A stretch of DNA of 64,000 bases. Source: Candidatus Bathyarchaeota archaeon. Lineage in GTDB: Archaea; Thermoproteota; Bathyarchaeia; Bathyarchaeales; Bathycorpusculaceae. Below, piece by piece: positions 20,320 to 31,099 of the stretch. Made by a program: the position numbers and the translations under genes. Every line of letters begins with the position of its first letter. The stretch's first letter is position 1. The notes under the pieces were generated by a model, which did no database searches, was not told the DNA's origin, and worked only from the letters and a program-made list of their open reading frames with translations. Location: the NCBI GenBank assembly GCA_963720565.1, contig CAVRFW010000006.1, positions 25,944 to 89,943 on the forward strand, given 5' to 3'.

Positions 20320-20396
20320 TTTTTGTGACTGACTTTCATGGTTCCTTAGTCAACAAATACTTTTTCGTCATATTCAATTTTAAGGTGAAAAACGAA

Positions 20397-21329
20397 ATGA
20401 GTCAATTAGTTAATCCATTAGAAGTGTTGAAATCACTTTCTGAAGCTACGAGTACACTTGTCCAGCAAACCTCCCAGTCGGTTGTCAGCATAAACTCCAG
20501 AATGTCCCGAGGTACAGGAATAATCCTGAATTCTGAAGGGTACATAATCACCTGCAACCACGTCCTCCAAGGATGCAACATAGTGAAAATAGGGCAAGGA
20601 CAAAAAACATTCAACGCAAAAATAGTTGCCACGGATCCGTACAACGATATTGCGTTGCTCAAGGCAGAAAACGGAAAGTTCCAACCAGCAGAACTTGGCG
20701 ACTCAGACAAACTCAAAGTAGGTCAATATGTTATAGCAATCGCTAACCCCTTTAACAGGGAACAGGCAACAGCCACGACGGGAACAATAACAAGCGTAAA
20801 CGGTACTCTCAGAGGTTGGCAGGGAACGCATATGGAGAACATTATAAGTACAGACGCGAAACTCATTCCAGGCTTTTCAGGTGGACCCTTGGCAGATGTT
20901 GATGGCAAGATAGTAGGAATAAACACGGCATATGTTTGGCAACGTGGCATAGCGATTCCAATAAACAAAGTGAAAGCCATAGCTGACAGACTAATGACCG
21001 GAAGAGCAGCTAAAAAAGCCTACTTGGGCGTAATCGCAAACACTATAGCCATTCCAGAAGAGCTCGCAACGCAATTGGAAACAGACCAAGAAACCGGAGT
21101 CATGATTTTCTCAGTGGAGCCCAATTCACCTGCAAGAAAAGCAGGTTTAATGATGGGTGATGTAATAATGAAGTTCAACGGAAAACCCATTGTCAACTTC
21201 TACGACCTACCAAGATGCTTAGCCGAAGATATAGTCGGAAAAGAGACACAACTAACAATCTTGCGCGGAGAAAAACTACTCGAGCTCAGTATCACACCAA
21301 AAGAAGCCGAAGATGAAAACGATGAATAA
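20397..21329 (+). CDS. htrA: HtrA/DegP-family serine protease with PDZ domain, no signal peptide
   Basis: TCNHV, DIALL and GFSGGP triad motifs; YLGV...SPARKAGL...GDVI PDZ domain. Confidence 0.9.
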   Translation: MSQLVNPLEVLKSLSEATSTLVQQTSQSVVSINSRMSRGTGIILNSEGYIITCNHVLQGCNIVKIGQGQKTFNAKIVATDPYNDIALLKAENGKFQPAELGDSDKLKVGQYVIAIANPFNREQATATTGTITSVNGTLRGWQGTHMENIISTDAKLIPGFSGGPLADVDGKIVGINTAYVWQRGIAIPINKVKAIADRLMTGRAAKKAYLGVIANTIAIPEELATQLETDQETGVMIFSVEPNSPARKAGLMMGDVIMKFNGKPIVNFYDLPRCLAEDIVGKETQLTILRGEKLLELSITPKEAEDENDE

Positions 21330-21471
21330 CCAATCACCAACAAAACTTGAACCGCCACAACCACTAAGACCACTACCGAACCGCCCATTTCCATTTCCAA
21401 ACCCAAGAATCAGCAAAAACACACACGAAACACTTTCTCCCTTTCCTCTTATCCGAGAGTACTGGAACTAG
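21322..21471 (+). CDS. Putative small proline-rich peptide (49 aa)
   Basis: Manual ORF overlapping the htrA stop: MNNQSPTKLEPPQPLRPLPNRPFPFPNPRISKNTHETLSPFPLIREYWN. Confidence 0.4.
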   Translation: MNNQSPTKLEPPQPLRPLPNRPFPFPNPRISKNTHETLSPFPLIREYWN

Positions 21472-21596
21472 CCAGAGGGTAATATAGCAATAATCTCAGT
21501 GGCAAAGAGGATTATGCACAGAACCAACTGATGCGCAACTTGTGTTCATCCTATTGGGTATTGAGCATAACCTTGAGACGCTGTTGTTTACTTGCT

Positions 21597-22616
21597 CTAA
21601 TTGCCCTTAACGGCTGCAACTGTCCTCTTCAATAGCAACTGGGCTGCTTCTTGGGAAGGCCAGCCTCCAAGTCCGCAGTCTGGACCTGCAAACGTCATCC
21701 TGTCGCCATATTTCGCCTTGGCACTTAGATATCTTTTCCTAATGTTTTCTTTGTCTTCTGCCAACTGCTCTGACGTAGGCTTCGCAATATTTCTGTCTTG
21801 GAGTTCCGCAAGGATAGAGTCTATATCCGTTCTTGCTATACCAACCCGAATTTGCTTGTCGGCGCCATCCAACATTTTTTTGGAAACCGAATCGATATTC
21901 CTCGGGGAACCAGCATATTCGAAAGACAGGACATCTATGTTCTTCACACAGAGTAAATCCGGTAATCGTGTTGCCGAGTGTAGGTGAATCTGGCGAACTG
22001 CCCCGTGAAAACTAAAAGCTTTTTCCAGAACATCACTTAGAACATCAGTTCCAGCGGCAATGTTCATGAAACCATAACTTGGCTCATCTATCGAAACAAC
22101 CTCAGTCTTCACGTACTTGGTGTTTAAGACCGCGTTTTTAGCGAAACGTTTTATCGTCTCCGCGAAGTTTTCAAGAACATCGCTGTATGGTACGGTGCCA
22201 ATTTCCTTCAGATACTGCTCCATGGGACCAAAGAGCGAAATTCGCAACAGAATCTTTCCAAATTCCTCGCTGAGATTTTTAGCTTCTTCTTTGATAACGT
22301 ACACTTCTGGCAGAAACGCTTCCTTGTCCTCTACTAGAAAGGATCCCGCGTTCATTGCAATGTGAATAGCGTCGCCAACTTGTTTTATTCCATCATACTG
22401 CTGAGGATAGGTTACGGCGTCCAAGCCTGAAGAGAGCTTTGTTTTAAACGATTCGAGAGTTACTCTATAAAAATTTTCCAATAAAAATTCGTCTTTTCGG
22501 ATGTCCTTTCCGTTGCGTATGGCTTCCCTTGAAAGGCCATAAGCCTTGTTGAATGTCTCCCTTTCAACCGTAGGGGATAAAGGGAAACTTCCTACATCGT
22601 CAACTATCGTTTCCAT
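21597..22616 (-). CDS. Core (MetE C-terminal type) methionine synthase-like protein
   Basis: DDVGSFP, VSIDEPS, QIHLH and GPDCGLGG. Confidence 0.8.
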   Translation of the reverse strand: METIVDDVGSFPLSPTVERETFNKAYGLSREAIRNGKDIRKDEFLLENFYRVTLESFKTKLSSGLDAVTYPQQYDGIKQVGDAIHIAMNAGSFLVEDKEAFLPEVYVIKEEAKNLSEEFGKILLRISLFGPMEQYLKEIGTVPYSDVLENFAETIKRFAKNAVLNTKYVKTEVVSIDEPSYGFMNIAAGTDVLSDVLEKAFSFHGAVRQIHLHSATRLPDLLCVKNIDVLSFEYAGSPRNIDSVSKKMLDGADKQIRVGIARTDIDSILAELQDRNIAKPTSEQLAEDKENIRKRYLSAKAKYGDRMTFAGPDCGLGGWPSQEAAQLLLKRTVAAVKGN

Positions 22617-22782
22617 GACAACATAGTGCAGTTTGAATTCTTTAAAGATATCCACAAAGTAAGTGTTTTTTGGGCATTGTAGCAAAGCCACGGTAAATGG
22701 ATTCTTGCTTAGAAAACTTCCATTCAGGAGCACCTATAAAAGGGGGAAAACATATGTGTCAATAGCAAAAGCTTGGGTTAGA

Positions 22783-23115
22783 ATGACTGAAGAACCTGGT
22801 ATCAATGAAGCGCCCTCTCCTGAGAAACTCCTGATTGACGAACAAATGAATTTTCCATTTCATGCTGCTTATCTTGTTTACTCTGAAGCATTTGATAATG
22901 TGACCAGCAACGATGCCAAGAAAGAACTAAACAGCAATATTGAAGCGCTCAAACAAAACAAGATTGACCACGAAACATTCTACATGAATATCTCCAAATA
23001 CCGAAAACAAAACTCCATTCCACACCAAGAGAGGTTTTCCCTGCAAACGCAGAGAAAAAGAGACTGGCGCATGAAAACCCAGAGGCAAGACAGAATAAAA
23101 AGACACAAGAAATAG
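22783..23115 (+). CDS. Hypothetical protein with basic C-terminus
   Basis: 110-aa ORF from the ATG at 22783, CTATAAA upstream. Confidence 0.7.
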   Translation: MTEEPGINEAPSPEKLLIDEQMNFPFHAAYLVYSEAFDNVTSNDAKKELNSNIEALKQNKIDHETFYMNISKYRKQNSIPHQERFSLQTQRKRDWRMKTQRQDRIKRHKK

Positions 23116-23327
23116 AAAAAATGTTCTAGTTTTGGCTTTTCCACTTATCAGAATCTGGACGTTAGTTTGAAGAATCTTCTCGAGAGTTTGGAGATTATCA
23201 TACAGAAAATATGCTTTTTTGCGCAACGAAAAAATTGCCATTCGTGTAACTGGGAGTTGCAGATAATTTGCGGAAATTCTTAACGAACAACAAGTTCGCG
23301 AAAAGGTTTTTGATTGACGGTTAATGC

Positions 23328-24191
23328 TTAAGCTTTTGGTGTTGCTTTCTCAACGGCTTTGTTTAGGCTAAGTAATTCTGCTTGTGCTTTTCTTATCAAA
23401 TCTCCAATGGTTTCTTTAGTCGGTATAGCAGCTCCCAGCGACAAAGCAAATGCTTTCTGATGTGCAATCTGCAGAAGGGCAGCAATGTTTTCAGAGGTGG
23501 GGTATGCGAGGGTTAAGGACAAAGCGAATGCTTCAGCAGTGCTTTGTTCGAGATTTTTGCGCGTGCCATCAACATCCACCTTAAGCTGGTTTCCGACAAT
23601 AATCAGACCTTCATCATAAACTGCCTGCATTGCCAAGCCCGCTTCAACTGCTTTAACGCCTAATTTTGATAAGACTCCAGCAAGCCTTTCGTTAATGGCT
23701 TCGCCCTTTCGCACAACCAAGGTGTCTTTGCTTACCCAGACGCTTCCAGATTCGATTCTTGTTGGCAAGCCAGCAGCATTGAGTTGACTGATGATTGGAC
23801 CAGGGGGTTGCCCGGTGTTTCCAGCGGGAATCACTACGTCCATAGCCGCTATATCGCCTGATTTCGCTGTGGTCTTAACTTTTCCGCGTTCTAATAGAAG
23901 AGCTAATTTGAACGGGTTAAGGTTAGTAAAAAGCAGTATGTTTGATCCGGCTAAGTAGGCTTCAAGTTTTTGTAAGTTCTCTTTTCCAAGCTCGTCAATG
24001 GCTAGTTTCATGAGGGTGTTCTTGAGAACCCTCATGTAGACCTTGCCCGATAGGTTCTTCTTTAGTTCTTGAAGTTGGGTTGCGCGGACTTTCTGTAGGC
24101 TTGCAACACCTATGAACTTGTATTCTTGAAGCAGGTCTTTGATTGCTTCAACCTCAGCAGATTTTGCGTCTAATACTTGTTGAGAAGGCAT
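23328..24191 (-). CDS. rpl10: 50S ribosomal protein L10/P0
   Basis: KNTLMKLA and PAGNTGQPPGP; ribosomal operon context. Confidence 0.96.
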   Translation of the reverse strand: MPSQQVLDAKSAEVEAIKDLLQEYKFIGVASLQKVRATQLQELKKNLSGKVYMRVLKNTLMKLAIDELGKENLQKLEAYLAGSNILLFTNLNPFKLALLLERGKVKTTAKSGDIAAMDVVIPAGNTGQPPGPIISQLNAAGLPTRIESGSVWVSKDTLVVRKGEAINERLAGVLSKLGVKAVEAGLAMQAVYDEGLIIVGNQLKVDVDGTRKNLEQSTAEAFALSLTLAYPTSENIAALLQIAHQKAFALSLGAAIPTKETIGDLIRKAQAELLSLNKAVEKATPKA

Positions 24192-24207
24192 TAAATTCCA
24201 CTTCGCA

Positions 24208-24858
24208 TTATGGTTTAATCTTCACAGGGGAGCCCATAGATGTCTTGATAAATGCGAACTTGACATTTTTCAGACCACGTTTGAGTTTTCCCTCTAGAAG
24301 TCTCAAAACCGCTTGAATGTTGTTAACTAGTTCTTCGTCACTCATCTTTTCAGAGCCAACGGAAACCTGGATGATTGGTTGGTTACGCATACGTACAACA
24401 ACCGTGTTCCGGTTCTTTGTTATGACGGTCGCTATGTCGGCATTAGGAGGAACAGGTACAGGCATTTTTCCTCTTGGACCCAAGACTGGACCTAGAATTT
24501 TTCCGACTAGGGGCATTAATGGGGTTTCAGAAATGAACACGTCATAACTGCTTGCGAGTTTCCGCAGGTCTTTCTTCTTTCCGGCTAATCCTTCCAAGTC
24601 AACGCGTTCTATAACTTTGTCAGCCTGCGCATTACGTGCTTTAAGCGCTAGCTCTCCAGATGCGATTATGCAGATTTTATTAGGTTTTCCAGTAGCATGA
24701 GGCAGCTCGAGAACCGCTTGAATCTTGCCCTCAGGAGCCTTCATGTCAATCTCCTTAATGTCGAAAATTAAATCCACTGTCTGGTTAAACTTTTTCTGTC
24801 CAGACTTGGATTTCGCTTCTTTTACCGCTTCTAATAGTGTCTTGTTATCTAAGGGCAT
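24208..24858 (-). CDS. rpl1: 50S ribosomal protein L1
   Basis: KFNQTVDL, LGPRGKMP and KTSMG. Confidence 0.97.
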   Translation of the reverse strand: MPLDNKTLLEAVKEAKSKSGQKKFNQTVDLIFDIKEIDMKAPEGKIQAVLELPHATGKPNKICIIASGELALKARNAQADKVIERVDLEGLAGKKKDLRKLASSYDVFISETPLMPLVGKILGPVLGPRGKMPVPVPPNADIATVITKNRNTVVVRMRNQPIIQVSVGSEKMSDEELVNNIQAVLRLLEGKLKRGLKNVKFAFIKTSMGSPVKIKP

Positions 24859-24915
24859 CTTTATGGCCTCGTGCCAATGAGGTGTTGGAACCCAGTTATA
24901 AAAATATTCACTTAT

Positions 24916-25407
24916 TTATTCGTCCTTTCTGAACAACTCTTCATAGCTGCCAGCGTCAATTTCTTTCTGGATATCACGGGGATCTTTGCCTTCAACCGTT
25001 ACGCCTAGGCTGACACAAGTTCCTAGAATCTCCTTCGCGGCAGACTTCAAATTCGGCGATAGGAGCTCCGGGCGCTTGATTTTTGCTATGCGGGTGACTT
25101 GATCCATTGACAAGTCACCTACTTTGACTGTGTTTGGTGTTCCAGAACCCTTCTCGATCTTCAATTCGCTTACGATAAGAGCTGAAGCGGTTGGAACTCC
25201 AATGCTAACATCAAAGGTTTTGTCTTCAGTATCAACTGAAATCTTCACTGGAACTTTCATTCCAGCGTAGTCTTTCGTTAGCTCGTTAATCTTATTCACA
25301 ACAGCCATGATATTAATACCTAGAGGACCGAGTGCAGGACCCATTGGTGGACCAGCGTTTGCTTGTCCGCCGCTTACGAGCAACTCTACAATTTTTTTAT
25401 CAACCAT
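24916..25407 (-). CDS. rpl11: 50S ribosomal protein L11
   Basis: GGQANAGPPMGPALGPLG and GTCVSLGV. Confidence 0.97.
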   Translation of the reverse strand: MVDKKIVELLVSGGQANAGPPMGPALGPLGINIMAVVNKINELTKDYAGMKVPVKISVDTEDKTFDVSIGVPTASALIVSELKIEKGSGTPNTVKVGDLSMDQVTRIAKIKRPELLSPNLKSAAKEILGTCVSLGVTVEGKDPRDIQKEIDAGSYEELFRKDE

Positions 25408-25408
25408 T

Positions 25409-25897
25409 TTATGATTCACTACTTCTACTTTTTGCTTTTTCCACTAACTTCACGTAGTCTGAATGAACTGTGATGGGTAAAGTAAACGTTGCCTCCAGCA
25501 ATTCAAGTGTGACCTCGCCCTTGGATTTGTCAAGACGCGTGATCTTGGCGCGCATGCCCTTGAAAGGTCCACCTGTAATTTCGACGACATCATCCTCGTA
25601 CAGATCTTCGAGAACTGGCTTCCTAACTATGTACCGCTCGATCTCAGGGAAACTTATCAGACCAGGAATGCGGGAGCGGACATGTCTTACCCCAGTTATA
25701 GCTTCTTCTACGAGGTGCGGCCCGTCGGCTTCTATGAATACATAACCTTTGAGTGTATCCGGAACAAGAATGGCTTTTATCGGGACATGTGTCATTTCGA
25801 CTTTTGCAGCTATCAGACGAGCTACATTGCGTTCTTGGCCGGTTGTGGTTTTAATAGCGAAAATCTTGGGTGTAAATTGTTCCTCTTTTTTCTCCAT
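25409..25897 (-). CDS. spt5: Transcription elongation factor Spt5/NusG
   Basis: KTTTGQE, KGYVFIEA and KOW motif VEITGGPFKG. Confidence 0.96.
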   Translation of the reverse strand: MEKKEEQFTPKIFAIKTTTGQERNVARLIAAKVEMTHVPIKAILVPDTLKGYVFIEADGPHLVEEAITGVRHVRSRIPGLISFPEIERYIVRKPVLEDLYEDDVVEITGGPFKGMRAKITRLDKSKGEVTLELLEATFTLPITVHSDYVKLVEKAKSRSSES

Positions 25898-25909
25898 TTT
25901 CTTTTCCTT

Positions 25910-26092
25910 CTAACTCGCTGCTGTTGCTCCACCCAAGGCAAAAGATAAAAGTCTAATTACGAATCCGACCAGACCCACTACGCCTATGCCAAGCACGCTA
26001 ATTTTTATTGACAGCCACAGCTCGCTTCTGTCAGGTTTTACTGCCAGTTTCAAGGTTCTAGATGCTTGAGATAGCCATGATCTAATGCCCAT
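25910..26092 (-). CDS. secE: Protein translocase SecE/Sec61-gamma
   Basis: LAVKPDRSEL followed by one TM helix; directly upstream of spt5. Confidence 0.92.
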   Translation of the reverse strand: MGIRSWLSQASRTLKLAVKPDRSELWLSIKISVLGIGVVGLVGFVIRLLSFALGGATAAS

Positions 26093-26184
26093 TTTTAACC
26101 GCACACTCAAGATTTCACTTAGTGATAATAAACGTTACTGTGGCTTTTAGACTTTAAAGCTTGCTTTGGAACCGCTGTTGAAGC

Positions 26185-27009
26185 TCATATCTTCACGTAT
26201 GGTAGTCCAATCTCTTGTAGAGAACTAATTAGATTTTCCTTGTTCTCACTTTTAATGCCTTTCCAATCAAGGAGTGCACAGTCGACTTTTTCCACAGTCT
26301 TTTCTACACATTGACTGAGAATTTCAGAGTCAGCATAGCCAACAGCATACTTTGGTATCATGTGACTGAAAATTGCTTTGCCTTCAAGTGCCATTCGGGT
26401 GAAACGCTGATTGTAATGTGTTCCGCCTATGCCTAACGCTGCAGAATTTTGAGTGTGACCGAACTTTGAGATTGCCTCCATTGTTGCGTGGGCAACAGTT
26501 TCTGCAGCATCCATATCACTCCATTGGGGAGGCGAGCTACCTAGTTCCACAAACATTGTGGGGACGTTTAAGGAAGGGCCATGATGGGTACATTCGTAAG
26601 ACACCTCATATTCAGCGCTTGAAATTGTCCTGTAACGCAACAAAGCTGCTAGTGTGTCTCGCATGGCTGTGGCTGGCGAGATGGAAACGCTTCGAGGTAA
26701 TCCGCCAAGTTCTGCCGGTCCAAAATTGCCCGGTGTGTGGACTGACAAAGTAGGGGTACCGCTTTGGCTACTGTGGCGGGAGATGAAAACAACCAGACTC
26801 AAATTGTGAAAATGGTCTGAAAGGTACTGTGCCTTTATGGCTTCCTCGTTTAGAGTGATTAATTTGACCTCAGCGCCCTGCAATTTGGCATAGAATACAG
26901 GGTTTTCTTGATAAGTTACTTTTGTTTCGTTGAATGGGTAGTTTTTGAGTACTTGCTTTTTGATGTTCAATCCTGCAGGGTCTTTGCGTGAGGAAACTAT
27001 CAAAATCAT
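26185..27009 (-). CDS. dtdA: D-aminoacyl-tRNA deacylase (archaeal DTD2)
   Basis: SRHSS, HTPGN, ECTHHGPS, FVELGS and GGTHY. Confidence 0.92.
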   Translation of the reverse strand: MILIVSSRKDPAGLNIKKQVLKNYPFNETKVTYQENPVFYAKLQGAEVKLITLNEEAIKAQYLSDHFHNLSLVVFISRHSSQSGTPTLSVHTPGNFGPAELGGLPRSVSISPATAMRDTLAALLRYRTISSAEYEVSYECTHHGPSLNVPTMFVELGSSPPQWSDMDAAETVAHATMEAISKFGHTQNSAALGIGGTHYNQRFTRMALEGKAIFSHMIPKYAVGYADSEILSQCVEKTVEKVDCALLDWKGIKSENKENLISSLQEIGLPYVKI

Positions 27010-27114
27010 TTTTTGTCCTTCCAAAAGGATAGTGTGATTGCACTAAAAGCGTTTTCCATAAAGTTTATAATCGTTAGGCGGGGTTCACCATTTCTTGTTA
27101 GAGGCTGGACAAAG

Positions 27115-28035
27115 ATGCATTTGATTAGCTTTAGAGAGTTGTCTGGAAAACAGCTCAACCAGTTAGTTGATATGGGAATTGAGGTAAAGCACAATCCCGA
27201 GAAATTCGTGGAAAAATTGCACGGCAAGTCATTAGCTTTGGTTTTCCAGAAAACCAGCACCAGAACCCGTGTGGCTTTCGAGGTTGCTATGACGCAACTA
27301 GGCGGTCACGGATTGTATATAGACTGGAGAACGACGAACTTTACTCTTGCAGACATTTTTGATGAAACCAAGTACTTATCGCGCAATGTTGACTGCATAA
27401 TGGCAAGACTGTTGTTGAATGAAGATTTGCAGAAAATGGCTAAGGCTTCAATAGTTCCAGTGATTAATGGTTGCGACGAGAAATATCATCCAAGCCAAGC
27501 ATTAGCTGATCTGATAACTATTAAGGAAAAGATTGGCAAACTTAGAGGCACGAAGCTTGTTTACATAGGCGTTCACAACAATGTTTGCAACTCTTTGATT
27601 GAGGGTTGCACCAAAACCGGCGTTGAAATTACAACAGTAGCGCCGCTTTTTAACGAACCCGCGCGTGATGACGAACTAATGAAATCCGCAGAGAAAACTG
27701 GGTTGTGGCATCAAACTTTGGACATTGAGAATGCAGTTAAAAACGCGGATTTCGTTTACACTGACACTTGGATAGACATGGAGTTTTTCACCAATCCGAA
27801 ATTTGCAGTAGAGAAGGAGAAACGTTTGAAAATCATGATGCCTTACCAAATCAACAAGGATTTAATGAAAGAAAGCAAAGGATACATTATGCATGATATG
27901 CCGATCCACAGAGGATACGAAATAAGCAAAGACATGATTGATGATGGGCGTTCTGTTATTTACGAGCAAGCTGAAAATAGGCTTTACTCAGCAAAGGCCA
28001 TACTCTTAGAGCTTGCAGAGAAGAAAACAAAATAG
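27115..28035 (+). CDS. argF: Ornithine carbamoyltransferase family enzyme
   Basis: FQKTSTRTR, HPSQALAD and QAENRL; variant HDMP in place of HCLP. Confidence 0.82.
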   Translation: MHLISFRELSGKQLNQLVDMGIEVKHNPEKFVEKLHGKSLALVFQKTSTRTRVAFEVAMTQLGGHGLYIDWRTTNFTLADIFDETKYLSRNVDCIMARLLLNEDLQKMAKASIVPVINGCDEKYHPSQALADLITIKEKIGKLRGTKLVYIGVHNNVCNSLIEGCTKTGVEITTVAPLFNEPARDDELMKSAEKTGLWHQTLDIENAVKNADFVYTDTWIDMEFFTNPKFAVEKEKRLKIMMPYQINKDLMKESKGYIMHDMPIHRGYEISKDMIDDGRSVIYEQAENRLYSAKAILLELAEKKTK

Positions 28036-28119
28036 AAATTGGCAGTCCGACAAATCTTAGCATAAAACCTTTGTATTTCTCGAACTGAAGGTAAAAGTGA
28101 AAAAAGGAAGCGTAGAATA

Positions 28120-29007
28120 TTGAAAATTGCGAGATACCGATACGGATCCGAGGAAAGCTATGGAATTATTGATGGAAAAACTATTTTGTCCTTGCCATTA
28201 CTTTCAAGACTCCTCAAGAAACAATTACCCCATAACCTCGAAGAATTCATAGCCCAAGGAGAAAGGGCAACAGAGACCGTGGCAGAGCTACTTACAAAGA
28301 CAAAGGACGTCGACATTGAAAAAGTTTCAACACCATTAAACGCGGTTTCCTTTCTTGCACCAATAGCTTTTCCGCCGAAAATTATCTGTTTGGGATTAAA
28401 TTATCTCGATCACGCTGCAGAAACCAACTCCCGTGTCCCAGATGAACCCATCATATTCATGAAGCCTCACACCGCTATAATAGGTTCAAACCAGAAGATT
28501 TTGAAACCAAAATTCGTGAAGGAACTCGATTATGAAGGAGAACTTGGTGTAGTAATCGGAAAGAAAACTAAAAACATCGGTGTGAAGGAAGCGAAAGAAA
28601 GCATTTTTGGATATACGATCTTTAACGATGTTTCAGCACGGGATTTCCAGTTTAAAGATGGACAATGGACCAGGGGGAAAAGCTTTGATACGTTTGCTCC
28701 AACAGGACCGTGCATAACCACCGAGAGTCAGCTTTGCACCGATGACTTAGCTATTCGCACTTGGGTTAATGGGGAAAAACGCCAGAATGGAACTACACGA
28801 AATATGGTTTTCAACGTTAGTCAAATCGTGCATCAACTCAGCCGGGTTATGACGCTTGAACCTTGCGATATCATTGCAACGGGCACACCCGCAGGGGTCG
28901 GGCACGCGATGAAACCCAGAAGATACCTCCAACACGGCGATAGAGTCCGAATTGAAATCGAAGGAATCGGTGTTCTAGAAAACACTGTTGAAGAACAAGA
29001 AGGGTAG
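28120..29007 (+). CDS. Fumarylacetoacetate hydrolase family protein
   Basis: GLNYLDH, DYEGEL, NDVSARD, GKSFDT and TGTPAGVG. Confidence 0.93.
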   Translation: MKIARYRYGSEESYGIIDGKTILSLPLLSRLLKKQLPHNLEEFIAQGERATETVAELLTKTKDVDIEKVSTPLNAVSFLAPIAFPPKIICLGLNYLDHAAETNSRVPDEPIIFMKPHTAIIGSNQKILKPKFVKELDYEGELGVVIGKKTKNIGVKEAKESIFGYTIFNDVSARDFQFKDGQWTRGKSFDTFAPTGPCITTESQLCTDDLAIRTWVNGEKRQNGTTRNMVFNVSQIVHQLSRVMTLEPCDIIATGTPAGVGHAMKPRRYLQHGDRVRIEIEGIGVLENTVEEQEG

Positions 29008-29010
29008 CAA

Positions 29011-31099
29011 CTATCTTTCTATAGAGATTTTGCTGATTCCAGCTTCTTTTTCAAGTGTTATTACGTGTTCAGCTTTTTCTGCGAAGACTTCGCTATGGGT
29101 TACCGCGATAATCTGTTCTATAGCTTTGAATCGAGAAATCGCTTCGGCCAAATGCTCGATACTGCCGTCTTCTCTGCCTAGGCTTTCAGTAGGCTCATCC
29201 AACAGCAACATGCTCAAGCCATGACCTGTCCGTGATTGCATGATGAGTTGACCTAAGCCTAAGCGATAAGCAAAAGCGAGCAACGTGCGCTCTCCACCAG
29301 AAAGGTTTGAGACTTCCCTTTCAACTCCGCTTTCGCTTTTCACGCAGGGCGTGTACGTTTCATCTATCATGACGTTCAACAGTGGTGCCTCCCCGCCAAC
29401 TAGACTGTCAAGCACTTGCTGCACGAAGTTCCTAAGCACTTTCACGAATTCACTGCGCAGTTTAGGCTGTATGCTTCTGTACGCATCACGGATTCCGCCC
29501 AAAATCTCAAGAGTCTTGGAGATTTTTTGAATTCGTTCAAACTTTTCTTGAGCATTGTCTATCCTATCTTTGGTCTCGTCTAAACGTTTGAGAAGATCTT
29601 TCTTGCGGTTTTCTCTGAGTCGCAAGTCAGATTCCAAATGAGAATACTGCTGGAATGCTTGTCTGCTTTGTTCCCGTGCGGCTTCGAGATCCGATGAATC
29701 GAATCTGCCAATCTCAAAACGCAAATCATCAAGCTGCGTTTGCAGTTCTGCTGCAAGACGCTGTTTTGCCTCATATTCGGCGGACAAATCGTTCATAGAT
29801 TTCTCTTCTTCGTTTATTCGAACTTTCAGGTCTTCATTTCGCGCAGTAAGAGTAGGCAGGTTCGAGCATGCTTCGAAGGCTACAGCTTTGACTCGTTGTA
29901 CCTCTTCAAGTTCACTTCTTAATTGTTTGAGGACTTTTTGCCTGTCTACATTTTCTTCTTCGATCCTCTGGACTAAACCATTCTTGTATTCTTCATTCAA
30001 CGATTGCAGGCAAAGTGGACAACGGTTTTCGGCGGAAAGAGACTTGGTTCTTTTTTGATCAACTTGCATGTTTTGAAGAATAGCTTCTTGCTCGGCTTTC
30101 AGGTTGGAGATTCGATCATCAAGGGTTGCCAAATGCTGCTGCAGTTTTTCTATTTGCTGGTTTGGCTGTATTCCAACTTCCTCAAGAAGCCTATGGCTTG
30201 CTTTGATCTGTATGTTAATTGAGCTTTGTCGTTGTTTGAGGTTTTCGATGATTGTCTTTTTTCCCTCAATTCTTTGAGTCAGAGATGCCGATGCATCTAT
30301 CGTGTTTGTTATGTTCGTTTGGACTTTTGCTTCGCGCCTCTTTAGGTCGTCGATTAAAAGCTTCTTTTCTTCGAGCTTCTTGAGCTTTGCATCTGCGTCC
30401 TCCAGCACTCTTCTTGCCCTGGCTACTTTTTCGACGGCCCCCTGCAGCTCAATCTCCAGGACGGTGAACTCTTCGGTAATACGGTTGTGCTCATTGCTAG
30501 AGTTTCTCCAGACTGACCACGTCTGGATCTTTCTCGTATACTCTCTTTTCTGTTTCGTATTCGCGCTGGTACTCGGCTATGCTGCTCCACGCAGTTTCGT
30601 AATCCGATAGCCCGAATAACTCGTCCAAACGCCTTTGCCTTTCCCGGGGTGCTGAATCGATAAGTTCTTTCAAATGCTCCTGCCTAACCCAGATGATTTC
30701 GCGGTAAAGGTCCCTGTCCACCCCCGTTATGGCCTTAAACTGTTCGGACACAGCGTCAGTCTTCATGCTTGCCATCAAGGTTTCATCTTGGAAGAGTTTC
30801 AGCTCTTCCAGGTCTTGGCTTATGCCTTTGGAGCGTCTTTTTAGCCCACGAGTTAGCTTGTAGGTGTTCCCGTTGTGAGTAAACTGAACTGTCACTTTTC
30901 CGGAATCTGCGCCTTCACGCAGCAGATACTCAAAGCTCCTGCCGATTGGCTCTCCGAAAAGAGCAAAGTCGATGGAGTATAGAACGCTGGATTTTCCGCA
31001 GCCTAAACCGCCCACTAAACAATTAAAACCCCTTGTAAATGGCACCGTGGATTTGACATGTGAGCGGATGTTTTCAAGCTGAACGATCTCGATTTTCAA
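29011..31099 (-). CDS. rad50: Rad50/SbcC ATPase, frameshift near 30499
   Basis: NIRSH, GGLGCGKSS, zinc hook CPLC, LSGGE, LLDEPT and VTH. Removing one base at CTCTAGCAATGAG joins the two ORFs into about 695 aa. Confidence 0.9.

Noticed and set aside
23328..24191. P0 truncated (no acidic tail) and rpl12 not following
   Set aside because: The gene has a clean stop; short P0 proteins occur in related TACK lineages, and rpl12 may lie elsewhere.
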